Source: Candidatus Delongbacteria bacterium
GTDB lineage: Bacteria; CAIWAD01
Reading direction: 5' to 3'
DNA: 64,000 nucleotides
Assembly: GCA_041675285.1 (NCBI GenBank)
Contig: JBAYTZ010000014.1
Coordinates: 22,891-86,890 of the forward strand
In this document: positions 25,217 through 33,883 of the stretch, one piece after another
How the letters are laid out: the number at the start of each line of letters is the position of its first letter
Numbering within the stretch: position 1 is the stretch's first letter
The notes under the pieces: model-generated
What the model was told of the DNA's origin: nothing
Databases searched by the model: none
Seen by the model: the letters and a program-made list of their open reading frames with translations, nothing else
Translations under genes and position numbers: made by a program

Positions 25217-25677
25217 ACACCGCCCTGTTTGCCGTGACTGCTGCTTGCGCCGCAGTTGCCTGGTACGGGCACCGCACCCGCATCGCCCGTGCCCTGTGCG
25301 AGGACCGCACACTATGGCGCGCCAACCTGACCCGCGGGCTGGCGGAGGCATCTCAGGCCATCGCCCAGACATCGGAGGCCGCGGCCGCCGCTCTCAAGCT
25401 GGTGGCCGAGGCAATTCAAGGCACCGGGGAGATGGGCGTCCTGGAGTCCAGCGTCCTGGCCGAGCGCGTGGCCGAAGGGGCCAGCCTGGACACGCGGGCG
25501 GCCCAGGCCCCCAGTGTCGCGCGGGCCTTGGTGATGCTGCAGGAGATCGCCGCAGCGCGCGAGCTCATCCGCATGATGGAGCCCACCGGCGCCCGGGACA
25601 CCACCCTGCAGGACGACGCCATCCAGCACCTGGACGCCGCCACGGCGGCCTTCCTGTGCACGCCCAGGACCAACTGA
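25213..25677 (+). CDS. hypothetical protein
   Basis: 154 aa, Ala-rich; translationally coupled. Confidence 0.4.
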   Translation: MNTALFAVTAACAAVAWYGHRTRIARALCEDRTLWRANLTRGLAEASQAIAQTSEAAAAALKLVAEAIQGTGEMGVLESSVLAERVAEGASLDTRAAQAPSVARALVMLQEIAAARELIRMMEPTGARDTTLQDDAIQHLDAATAAFLCTPRTN

Positions 25678-25705
25678 CCACATCCCAATTCCAATCGGAG
25701 GATCC

Positions 25706-26326
25706 ATGCGCCGAGGCAAGAATGACATCGAGGGCCAGGTGGTTCCACTGAATCAGGTGACCACCCCTACCACGGGCAAGGACCGCAAGGGCGGTCCCAC
25801 CGACATCGATTGCAGGGCCTATGACCGGCTGATCCACGAGGTGCAGCATCTGGAGGAGCTCACAGGCTGCGCCGGCTGGGGCCGCTTCTTCGGTGGGCTC
25901 TTGCGCGAGGCCGACGAGGCTCGCACCCAGCTGGAGTTCGCCGAGAAGCCCCGCGACGTAATCAAGCTGCAGGCCACCATCGCCCTGGTGAAAAGCCAGC
26001 TCAAGAAGCTGCACCAGCCGGTGGAGGACTTAAGCGCCATGCGCACCAAGTGGCCACTGTTCACGGGCGAGATGCCCTGGCGCGCGGACTTCGATGAGCC
26101 CACCGGTCGCGTGACGCTGAACTGGGCTGGGCAGGGCCCCGCGCCAGAGAGTTATCACCCCATCACAGATCCCGAGGACGGTGAGGACGCGCCCGCAGGG
26201 GACCAGCCCGCGGAGCCGGCCGCCCTACCCAGTCGGCCCTGCCTCGACGAGGACGACCCGGACGAGGAAGAGGACCTGGACACCACCGGCCCCGGTCCCG
26301 AGCCAGACGACCCCTTCGGGAACTGA
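25706..26326 (+). CDS. hypothetical protein (acidic C-terminal tail ending DDPFGN)
   Basis: 206 aa. Confidence 0.4.
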   Translation: MRRGKNDIEGQVVPLNQVTTPTTGKDRKGGPTDIDCRAYDRLIHEVQHLEELTGCAGWGRFFGGLLREADEARTQLEFAEKPRDVIKLQATIALVKSQLKKLHQPVEDLSAMRTKWPLFTGEMPWRADFDEPTGRVTLNWAGQGPAPESYHPITDPEDGEDAPAGDQPAEPAALPSRPCLDEDDPDEEEDLDTTGPGPEPDDPFGN

Positions 26327-26329
26327 CCC

Positions 26330-26677
26330 ATGACCACCCAGGACATCGTCACCCAGCTGCGCACCCTCCATGGCTACACCGACCTCGACGCCAAGCGCGC
26401 CGTGCGTGACACGCTGGACGTGCTGCGCCACATGCTGGACGAGCTGGACGCGGGCGAGGGCTTGACGCTTCCCGGGATTGGCCGCTGGCTGTGCCGGGTG
26501 AAGGCCAGGCCCCATGGCGCGCATGGACTGGAGATCGTCTGGAACAACAGCCGGCAGATCAGCGAGGGGATGGCAGCGCGCACCCTGCCCGCGGATGACC
26601 CCAGGGTGGTCAAGGCGCTGAAGAAGAAGAATGGGCCCTGGCGCCCGTGGGGCCAGGACTGGAGCCCGGGAGAATGA
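26330..26677 (+). CDS. possible HU/IHF-like DNA-binding protein
   Basis: GEGLTLPGIGRWLCRVKARPHG parallels the HU arm (G.V.L.GFG.F.VR.R.AR). Weak. Confidence 0.35.
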   Translation: MTTQDIVTQLRTLHGYTDLDAKRAVRDTLDVLRHMLDELDAGEGLTLPGIGRWLCRVKARPHGAHGLEIVWNNSRQISEGMAARTLPADDPRVVKALKKKNGPWRPWGQDWSPGE

Positions 26678-27108
26678 GCATGCACCGGCACCCAGCGCCC
26701 CTCAGCCCCACCGCCGCCGAGCACCTGGCCCTGATCGCCGACGCCCTGCACGTCCCACGCGACACGCCTGGGCATGAATTGGTCCAGCTGGTTTCCGTGC
26801 GCTGCAGGCCCATGGACAGGCAGCACCTGGACCGGCTGGTCACGGGAAGCCTCAAGAGCGCCATTCACGCCCATGGCCCAATCACCCACGAAGGCATCTG
26901 CAGCACGGCCAGACGCATGTCCGGCCAGATCCACGCAGTCCTTTGCGCCCAACACATGGGCCTGGACGACCCCGGGCAGGAGCTGCCAAGCGGGCCCGCA
27001 GCCATGCCGAACCCCCCAGAGGATGCGCCGCCCTACAGCCCGACTTGGTTGTCGGCAACGGCCAGCTCCATCAACACGCCACCCCACAACGAGAGGACCA
27101 CACCATGA
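26674..27108 (+). CDS. hypothetical protein
   Basis: ATGA-coupled to neighbours. Confidence 0.3.
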   Translation: MSMHRHPAPLSPTAAEHLALIADALHVPRDTPGHELVQLVSVRCRPMDRQHLDRLVTGSLKSAIHAHGPITHEGICSTARRMSGQIHAVLCAQHMGLDDPGQELPSGPAAMPNPPEDAPPYSPTWLSATASSINTPPHNERTTP

Positions 27109-28526
27109 GTGTTGAGCCCGTTTCCCAGGAGATGGCCACCCAGGCCGCCGGCGCCTGGCTGGCGCGCTTGCCCGAATCTCAAGCCGCCGGTCGGGCAGGC
27201 GTCACCGTCTTGGAGACGATGGATCTGGACGACGACCACCCAGGCTTCCACGTCGTTTCCAGCGGCATCACCACCGTCCTTGTCGCTGGCGACCTGCAGG
27301 CCCAACCGATCCTGGGCTGGGCGGATCATGGCGACCTGCAGGGCCTGGGCGAAGACATCCCGGAAGGCCTGCGCGAGCTTCTCGCCGCCTGGGGCCAGCA
27401 GATCCTCATCACCCGGCAGGCACCGCCGGAGCGCGCTGGCGGAGACAACCCCAACCGCGCCAAATGGGAGCACCTCCTGGACACAAGTGGGCGCGCCCAG
27501 GAGGAAGAGCAAGTCAAGGTGATCCCGCCGCTCCTGACCGCGCGCTGGGGCCAGGGCGCAGGCTGGAACGCCCACTGTCCCATCGATGCGGCCGGCCCCG
27601 CGGGGCGCGCCTATGCGGGCTGCGTGGCCACGGCCATGGGCCAGGTGCTGCATCACCATCACCACCCTTGGCGGGGACGAAACATCCAGTCCTACGAGCA
27701 CGACAAGTACGGCGAAATCAGCTTGGATTTTCTTGAGGAGACGCCGGCCTGGAAGGCGCTGGCCGACCAGGGTGCCACAGACGCTGCAGCGCGCCTGCTC
27801 TTCATGGCCGGCGTTGCCGCGCGCATGAACTACGGCTACCGGAGTTCCACGGCCAGCTCCAGCAACATCCCCGTCGCCTTGCGCGGCTTCCTGCGCTTCG
27901 CCGACACCACCCGTCTGGTGTGGCGGGCGAGCACGCCGCCGGAGATTTGGGAGGAGCTGATTCGGGAAGAGCTTGATGCCGGTCGCCCCATCATCCACCG
28001 CGGCCAAGGGGCCCAGGGTGGGCACGCCTTCAACCTGGACGGCTGGCGGTCGGACGGGTTCAAGCACGTGAACTTCGGCTGGAACGGGTCCTACAACGGC
28101 TGGTACACCTTGGATGACATCACCCCGGGCAACTGGAGCTTCACCAGCACGCAGGGCATGGTGGTGGGCATCCAGCCGCGCGAGGAGGAGCTGCTTGCCC
28201 CACCCGATGGTGAGCATGGCGTGCCGTCCGGCGGCATCACGCTGCGCTGGCGCCCGCAGCCAGGCATGGCGCGCGTGGAGTTGGATGTCTCCACCAACGC
28301 CCAGTTCACACCTGTCATCCGCCGGGCCGTACTCCCGGGCGGCATCACCAAACACTTTCTGACCGGCCTTGCGCCAAGCGCGCGCCACTTCTGGCGTCTC
28401 ACCTGGGTAGACAAGGTGGGCAACCGCCGCACCACGCAGGCGTGCAGTTTCGTCACCGGATCCCAGCCTACCACCGGCAGACCCGGTCAGCACTCCACAA
28501 CCATCAAGCCGGAGATCCTGCCATGA
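27105..28526 (+). CDS. peptidase C10 (streptopain/SpeB-like cysteine protease) with a propeptide and a C-terminal beta-rich (Ig/FN3-like) domain
   Basis: Catalytic Cys block YAGCVATAMGQVLHHH (SpeB GCVATATAQIMKYH). His block GGHAFNLDGWRSDGFKHVNFGWNG (SpeB [24 protein letters not shown]). RBS GAGAGGA before ATG 27105. Confidence 0.85.
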   Translation: MSVEPVSQEMATQAAGAWLARLPESQAAGRAGVTVLETMDLDDDHPGFHVVSSGITTVLVAGDLQAQPILGWADHGDLQGLGEDIPEGLRELLAAWGQQILITRQAPPERAGGDNPNRAKWEHLLDTSGRAQEEEQVKVIPPLLTARWGQGAGWNAHCPIDAAGPAGRAYAGCVATAMGQVLHHHHHPWRGRNIQSYEHDKYGEISLDFLEETPAWKALADQGATDAAARLLFMAGVAARMNYGYRSSTASSSNIPVALRGFLRFADTTRLVWRASTPPEIWEELIREELDAGRPIIHRGQGAQGGHAFNLDGWRSDGFKHVNFGWNGSYNGWYTLDDITPGNWSFTSTQGMVVGIQPREEELLAPPDGEHGVPSGGITLRWRPQPGMARVELDVSTNAQFTPVIRRAVLPGGITKHFLTGLAPSARHFWRLTWVDKVGNRRTTQACSFVTGSQPTTGRPGQHSTTIKPEILP

Positions 28527-28912
28527 AGCACGCCATCCGCACCGCTCTGCTCCTCTTGGTCCTGGTCGGAACCAGCGCCGCCTGGGACGCGCCCGAGCTC
28601 ATCACGCCCATGCTGGGCCAGCGCCACGTCCCCACTCAGGGCACGCTCTTCGCATGGGTGCCCAAGGCCGGTTACCACACCTGGATCTTGCAGGTGGCCG
28701 ACAACCAGGGCCTGCTCCACCCCTTTGTGGATGTGGAGACCCATGCCACCAACATGCACTGCCCGACGCCCTTGCCCGCTGCCGCCCACCTTTACTGGCG
28801 GGTCCTCTACGTCAACGACGAGGGTCAGGTCTACTGGTCCGGCACGGGGCACTTCTGGACCACGCCGGTCATGCCTCGACACATCCCGGCCACCAGCCTG
28901 AGCATGGACTGA
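28523..28912 (+). CDS. secreted hypothetical protein (signal peptide); possible partner or inhibitor of the C10 protease
   Basis: MKHAIRTALLLLVLVGTSAAWDAPE signal peptide. ATGA overlap with the protease stop. Confidence 0.45.
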   Translation: MKHAIRTALLLLVLVGTSAAWDAPELITPMLGQRHVPTQGTLFAWVPKAGYHTWILQVADNQGLLHPFVDVETHATNMHCPTPLPAAAHLYWRVLYVNDEGQVYWSGTGHFWTTPVMPRHIPATSLSMD

Positions 28913-28996
28913 CCGCCGCGCCGTGAATCGGCTCATCTGGGGCAGCCGGCCCTGTCCCAACCACCCCTCATCCTGACCCAGCACGAAAGGACCCCA

Positions 28997-29590
28997 ATGC
29001 TCCACCATTTCATGATCGACATCGAGACCTGGGACACGGCGCCCACGGCCGTCATCCGCGCCATCGCCATCGTGGGTTTCAACCTGAACGGCACACTCAA
29101 TGAGATGACACTCGTCGACTGCCGGCGAACCGTGGATGAGCAGATCCAGGCCGGTCGGACCACCAGCGCCGAAACCGTGGACTGGTGGGCCAAGCAGTCG
29201 TTCGGGCTGGGCGACCTGCTGGTGGACACGCGCCATCACGCCACTGACACGGGGATCTACCAGACGGAGATCGTCGAGCCGCGCTGCTTGGCTGACGTGG
29301 TGAGAAACGTCGAGGACGGCCTGATGGCCGAGGACGGCGAAATCCGCGTCTGGAGCCGTGGCCACTTCGACATCACCATCCTGGAGAACCTGCTGCAGGC
29401 CCAAGGCGATCCGGTCCCCTGGCGCTACAGCCAGGTGCGCGATGTGCGCACCCTTGACGAGATCATCCCACCCGACATGGCCCAGTGGGAGCATCACCCG
29501 CTCTCCGATTGTCTGGCGCAAATCCGGCAAGTGTGCATGGCAATGCGCATGGCCAAGGCCGCCGCCAGCGAAGCGTTCAACACCCATTGA
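28997..29590 (+). CDS. DEDDh-type 3'-5' exonuclease
   Basis: MIDIETWDT (D-x-E) and H-x4-D (HHPLSD) motifs. Confidence 0.55.
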   Translation: MLHHFMIDIETWDTAPTAVIRAIAIVGFNLNGTLNEMTLVDCRRTVDEQIQAGRTTSAETVDWWAKQSFGLGDLLVDTRHHATDTGIYQTEIVEPRCLADVVRNVEDGLMAEDGEIRVWSRGHFDITILENLLQAQGDPVPWRYSQVRDVRTLDEIIPPDMAQWEHHPLSDCLAQIRQVCMAMRMAKAAASEAFNTH

Positions 29591-29604
29591 AAACCGGAGC
29601 GACC

Positions 29605-30036
29605 ATGAGCACCACCCAACCCATCAAAGACATCTGCGCGGCCCACAGCGCGGGGCGCGAACAAGGCCTCGTCATCGAGGAGGCGGACACCCTGGCAGCC
29701 AAGGAAATGGCAAGCCTCATATACGTCAACGACGAACTCCGGCGAGCCTATGTCCTGGGGATCGAATGGGGCCAGGCTGTCCGCCAGCGGGCCATGGCAC
29801 GCGACGCGGCCAATCCCCTCAAGGCGCTGGTGGACGCGCGGAAGGCGCTGGCCGATGCAGACATCTCCATCCTCTGCCCGGGCGAAGGTGATGTCGAGCT
29901 CGCCAGCGTGGCCGATTCCATCACCCGGATGGCCACGGCACTCCGCAAGGCCCACCAAGAGATTGCAGCAGCCCACCAGGTCCTGGATGCCGCCGGCGTG
30001 CCGCATGTCATGCCCTGCCAGGCCAGCCAGAACTGA
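29605..30036 (+). CDS. hypothetical protein
   Basis: ATG in frame within track ORF 29485..30036. Confidence 0.4.
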   Translation: MSTTQPIKDICAAHSAGREQGLVIEEADTLAAKEMASLIYVNDELRRAYVLGIEWGQAVRQRAMARDAANPLKALVDARKALADADISILCPGEGDVELASVADSITRMATALRKAHQEIAAAHQVLDAAGVPHVMPCQASQN

Positions 30037-30050
30037 AAGGGCGGACAAGT

Positions 30051-30272
30051 ATGCGATTCGACATCCCCTACTGGTTGAACGACGAACAGCGTGACACGCT
30101 GCTGGAGAATTGGGATCGCTACCAGGCCATCGTGGTCGCACTCTTAAGCCCGGCCACATCAAGATCAACCCCCATCGATGATGCCGTGCGCTTGACGCTC
30201 TCCGAGGCGGCATGGAAGAAGGATCTGCTGCAGCGGCAGGCTGCGCGCACCACTTCAGGCGGGACTTCATGA
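30051..30272 (+). CDS. hypothetical protein
   Basis: 73 aa. Confidence 0.3.
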   Translation: MRFDIPYWLNDEQRDTLLENWDRYQAIVVALLSPATSRSTPIDDAVRLTLSEAAWKKDLLQRQAARTTSGGTS

Positions 30273-30739
30273 GCGACACCAAGGCCCAGATGGCCAGGCT
30301 CAACGAGCGCATGGACAAGGCTGCCGAGTTCATGCGCGAGTTCAAGATTGAAGTCCTGGAACGCATTGAGCGCCTGGAACAGCGCGTCACAACGATCGAA
30401 CAGGCCCTGGGCGACCACCTTCGCGAGCACCAAGCCCGGGACGCGGCCAGCCCGCCGCCCAGGCCGCGGGCGCCGCGCGTCGTGCGCACGCCTGGCGGGA
30501 AGATCCGGGATCCCCTACTGGCAGCACTCAGCGCGCGGAAGGCGGACATCGGGCTCAACACCAGGCAGTTGGCCGGGCTGCTGGGCTACCCCCGGAACAC
30601 AGTTTCGAATTGGCTGAATCGAGTCAATGCGCCGACTCACCCGGGTGACCGCGCGCGCATCCACGAGTGGGTCAGCCTGGCAGAAAACGCGCCGGCGCGT
30701 TTGATCCGCGAGTGGCGAGAGGAGACAGACCGTGGATGA
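30269..30739 (+). CDS. hypothetical coiled-coil protein with a C-terminal HTH-like segment
   Basis: RQLAGLLGYPRNTVSNWLNR. ATGA coupling. Confidence 0.4.
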   Translation: MSDTKAQMARLNERMDKAAEFMREFKIEVLERIERLEQRVTTIEQALGDHLREHQARDAASPPPRPRAPRVVRTPGGKIRDPLLAALSARKADIGLNTRQLAGLLGYPRNTVSNWLNRVNAPTHPGDRARIHEWVSLAENAPARLIREWREETDRG

Positions 30740-31276
30740 ACCATGGACCCGAATTCTGGACGTGCCCGATCGCAAACCCGGGCAGTCGGGCAGAAATGGA
30801 GATTCCGTGATACAAACTGACAGGAGTATTTTGCCCGACTGCCCGAGTTTGCCTTCGGGCAGTTCGAATACAGGCAACCAACGTGTAGCTTTGAAAAAGC
30901 CCGAAGTCCTGCCCAAAGTACATCCCATGGGGGTGTCACCCCCCCCTGAGAAATCAAAAAACCTACCCGCGGGACTCCGCCCGCACGAACTCAGTTTTTT
31001 TCTCCTTTTAAGAAGTAAATGCCAGTGCGGGCAGAGTCCCGCGGGAAGTCGCTTTTTCGTCTTACAGACCCAAGGTGACACCCCTGGGAAAACAGGTTTG
31101 GGCGGTCTTTGGTCTAACACCTCAGGGTGGGAGATTCGTCACTCCCAAGGCGAACGCCGCAATTCCGCCCTAACCGCCGGTCTTCCTCCTGTCCCCCCAT
31201 GCCGCCGCCGCGCGGCCGCAGGCGCGCCCCACCACGCCGCGAACGCCATCAGCCGAACCCACGGAAGGATCCTCCC
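30740..31276. promoter_or_regulatory. 0.5-kb structured non-coding region: several hairpins including a 21-bp-stem hairpin (30966-30986 / 31025-31045, 38-nt loop with T7 run) flanked by inverted GGGGTGTCACCCC / GGTGACACCCC motifs
   Basis: Inverted repeats read directly from the sequence. No credible ORF. Lies between the regulatory/replication genes and the nuclease gene. Confidence 0.5.
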
Positions 31277-32665
31277 ATGACGACGCCACACGCGGCGCCT
31301 CTGACGCCCTGCTGCCCTAACCTGCCCCTCCTGGACCCCAAGCTCCCCGATGGCTTCCAGGTCCACAACGAGCACTGGTCCTTCTCCCGGCTGGACACCT
31401 ACGCCAGGTGCCCCCTCGCCTACAAGGCCAGGTACCTCGACCCCCAGATCTACGGCGCCGACTACGTCAAGCCCTTGCCAGACCCCAGTAGCCCGGCCGT
31501 CCTCGGCACCCTCTGCCACCGGACGCTGGAACTCGCCGGACTGACTCTCAAGCAAGCACGCCACATGGGCAGGCTCTTCCGCCAACAGAAGCTCATCCTC
31601 GACTGCCTCCACCAGGCCTTCCAAGAGAAGCCCGAAAAAGGCGACGTCATCCACACCGGCCAGGTCCTGGCCGATGCCCAGGCCATCCTTGTTGAGTACC
31701 TGAAGAACGGCGACTTCTACGCCGACCAGATCCTCGGCCTGGAGTGGCCCTTTGACTTCGTCATCGAAGACCCCCTGGGAGACATCCGCATCATCGGCTT
31801 CATCGACCGCCTGGAAATGACGCCCGAAGGCGTAGTGCGCCTCAAGGATTACAAGACCAACCGCATGCTCTACACCAAGGACGAGCTCAGGCAGTCCCTC
31901 CAGGCCTCCATCTACGAGCTGGCCGTCCGCGACAGCGAAGCCCTGGCCGTCACACCCGACACGCCCGTCGACTTCGAGTTCGTCCTCTTGCGCCATGGCC
32001 TGTCCCAGCGAACCACGCGCTCGGAGAGCGACCTGCAGCTGGCCGTCCACCAGATCACCTGCCTCGTCCACCGCTGCGAAGGGTCGCGCACCTTTCCCGC
32101 TCAGCTGAACAAATACTGCGCCTACTGCGACCACAAGGTCCAGTGCCCCTTTTGGCGGGAAGTGGTCGCACGCGGCCTGCCCCAGGCCCACGTCGGCGCC
32201 AGCGATCTGTCCGCCATCGCCGTCGAATACGAACGCATGACCGACGCCGCCAAGGTCCTCTACGCCCGGAAGGAGGAGATGGCCGACCTCATGAAGATCC
32301 ACCTCATCGGAAGCGAGCAGATCGAGACGCCCACACACCTCTTCCGCACCAGCGCCAACAATGAGACCACCTTCAGCGATCCCTTCCGCGTCGCCAAGCT
32401 CCTCGCCCAGGTCTACCACCGGCCCGTCAGTCAGGTCCTGCGACGCATCGGCCGCATCTCCAAGACTGAGTTCGACGCCGTCATGAAAGACGCCGAGCAG
32501 CGCGTGACCGCCACGGCCCTTGCCGAACTGAAGACGGAGCTGGAACCGCTCATCGAGACCATGCCCAACCCCAAACTCCAGGCCTACAAGCGCCCCGTGG
32601 AGGCGGAAGGGCAGCCGGCCAAACGGGTGAAGCGGCCCCAGGTGAAGCGCAGGCTGAAGGTTTGA
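31277..32665 (+). CDS. PD-(D/E)xK nuclease, Cas4/RecB-family, with C-terminal Fe-S cysteine cluster
   Basis: HWSFSRLDTYARCPLAYKARYLD (N-terminal Cys), IIGFIDRLE...VRLKDYKT (D...ExK), CAYCDHKVQCPF (three C-terminal Cys). RBS GGAAGGA. Confidence 0.7.
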   Translation: MTTPHAAPLTPCCPNLPLLDPKLPDGFQVHNEHWSFSRLDTYARCPLAYKARYLDPQIYGADYVKPLPDPSSPAVLGTLCHRTLELAGLTLKQARHMGRLFRQQKLILDCLHQAFQEKPEKGDVIHTGQVLADAQAILVEYLKNGDFYADQILGLEWPFDFVIEDPLGDIRIIGFIDRLEMTPEGVVRLKDYKTNRMLYTKDELRQSLQASIYELAVRDSEALAVTPDTPVDFEFVLLRHGLSQRTTRSESDLQLAVHQITCLVHRCEGSRTFPAQLNKYCAYCDHKVQCPFWREVVARGLPQAHVGASDLSAIAVEYERMTDAAKVLYARKEEMADLMKIHLIGSEQIETPTHLFRTSANNETTFSDPFRVAKLLAQVYHRPVSQVLRRIGRISKTEFDAVMKDAEQRVTATALAELKTELEPLIETMPNPKLQAYKRPVEAEGQPAKRVKRPQVKRRLKV

Positions 32666-32848
32666 ACGCGGTCTGAGGGTACTGACAATTGAACCTGACA
32701 AGACCTCAAGTTGATGTCAGATCAAGAAAATTGAGCGGAAAATGAAGCTAGAAACGGTTGGGGATACGCAGCGTGAGCCCGCCGGCCCTGGATGCCCCGG
32801 CCGGCCTGTCTGGAGCTGGGGCAGCTTGACTTCAACGCGGAGGCCAGC

Positions 32849-33562
32849 ATGAAGCCGGAACCGGGGAAAGTGGACACGGGAACCCGCGGGGGATTCGGCC
32901 GGTCCCCGCGCTGCAACCGGGAGCTGGAGGACGGCCGGCTTTGCCGCCAGCCGGTCCCGATGGCGGGCATGCGCTGCTACCTGCACCAAGCCAAGCCGGA
33001 GGACCTGGTCCCGGCGCCGGACTTGCCCGCGGGCGTGGTTGTCCCGTCCCTCTTCCAGGACCCGGCTTGGCAGTTGTCCCTGGTCGGGTTCGTGGCTGAC
33101 ATTTACCGCGACTACGCCGGGCTCAATAAAGGCGCGGACCTGCGCCAGATCCTGGCGGCCGGCGCGGCCCACGTGCGGCTGACCTACGGCATGGAGGCTC
33201 TGGAGCCGAAGGACATTGAGCTGCTGTCCAGGGTGGTGGACAGGCACCTGCGCAACCTGCGGGCGACGCCCAAGGAACAGGAGGCCGGCCGGGCCGGGAA
33301 GGACGGCAAGGGTGCCCTGGGTGCCTTGGCTGCCGGCGTCCAGGTGGGCGCCTTGCTGGAACGCGTCCGTGGGGCGCTGTCGCCGGCCCAGCGACGCGCG
33401 CTGGCCGCGGGCCGGCCCATCGCCGGCGCGGAGGTCCTGCAGGCAAACGCGCCGGCTGTGGCCCCGGACGAGGCTGAGGTCTTGGACGACGAGGACGACC
33501 TTGGCGTGCCCAGACCCATCGGCCTGGCGGGCGAGGACCTTCCGCCGGACCCGTTTGCCTGA
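32849..33562 (+). CDS. hypothetical protein with an N-terminal C/H-rich segment (ends ...PPDPFA)
   Basis: Plausible composition, whereas the overlapping minus-strand ORF is R/G/Q-rich. Start uncertain (32792 or 32849). Confidence 0.4.
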   Translation: MKPEPGKVDTGTRGGFGRSPRCNRELEDGRLCRQPVPMAGMRCYLHQAKPEDLVPAPDLPAGVVVPSLFQDPAWQLSLVGFVADIYRDYAGLNKGADLRQILAAGAAHVRLTYGMEALEPKDIELLSRVVDRHLRNLRATPKEQEAGRAGKDGKGALGALAAGVQVGALLERVRGALSPAQRRALAAGRPIAGAEVLQANAPAVAPDEAEVLDDEDDLGVPRPIGLAGEDLPPDPFA

Positions 33563-33883
33563 AAACCGCGAAAAAACGTCCAGGATCATGCCGCCCCGCC
33601 TTGGGGCGGCATTTGTGTGTCAAAGGGATCGCCCACCAGGTGCGTGCGAAAATGTCCGAGAATGGCTGTTCCCGGACGTTGGCGCGGGCATAGAGTGCGT
33701 ACATCACCTGCCGGCAGCCTGGCAAACGGGTGGGCCGGGGGGTGGTCTGGCGCAAAGCGGCAGGCCCCGCCGGGGCATCTTGGCTGTAAGGGGTGCTTTT
33801 GCGCACGCGTAGCTGGCCTATATGCAGAAGCTCCAGTGCTATACTCTTCCACCAATCTTGTTGCCTATTCAAGCAGGAAAGCT

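Noticed and set aside
32717-33589. 290-aa minus-strand ORF overlapping 32849..33562
   Set aside because: The minus frame is R/G/Q/P-rich junk. The plus frame has balanced composition and an acidic C-terminal tail like other element proteins, so the plus-strand gene was kept (low confidence).
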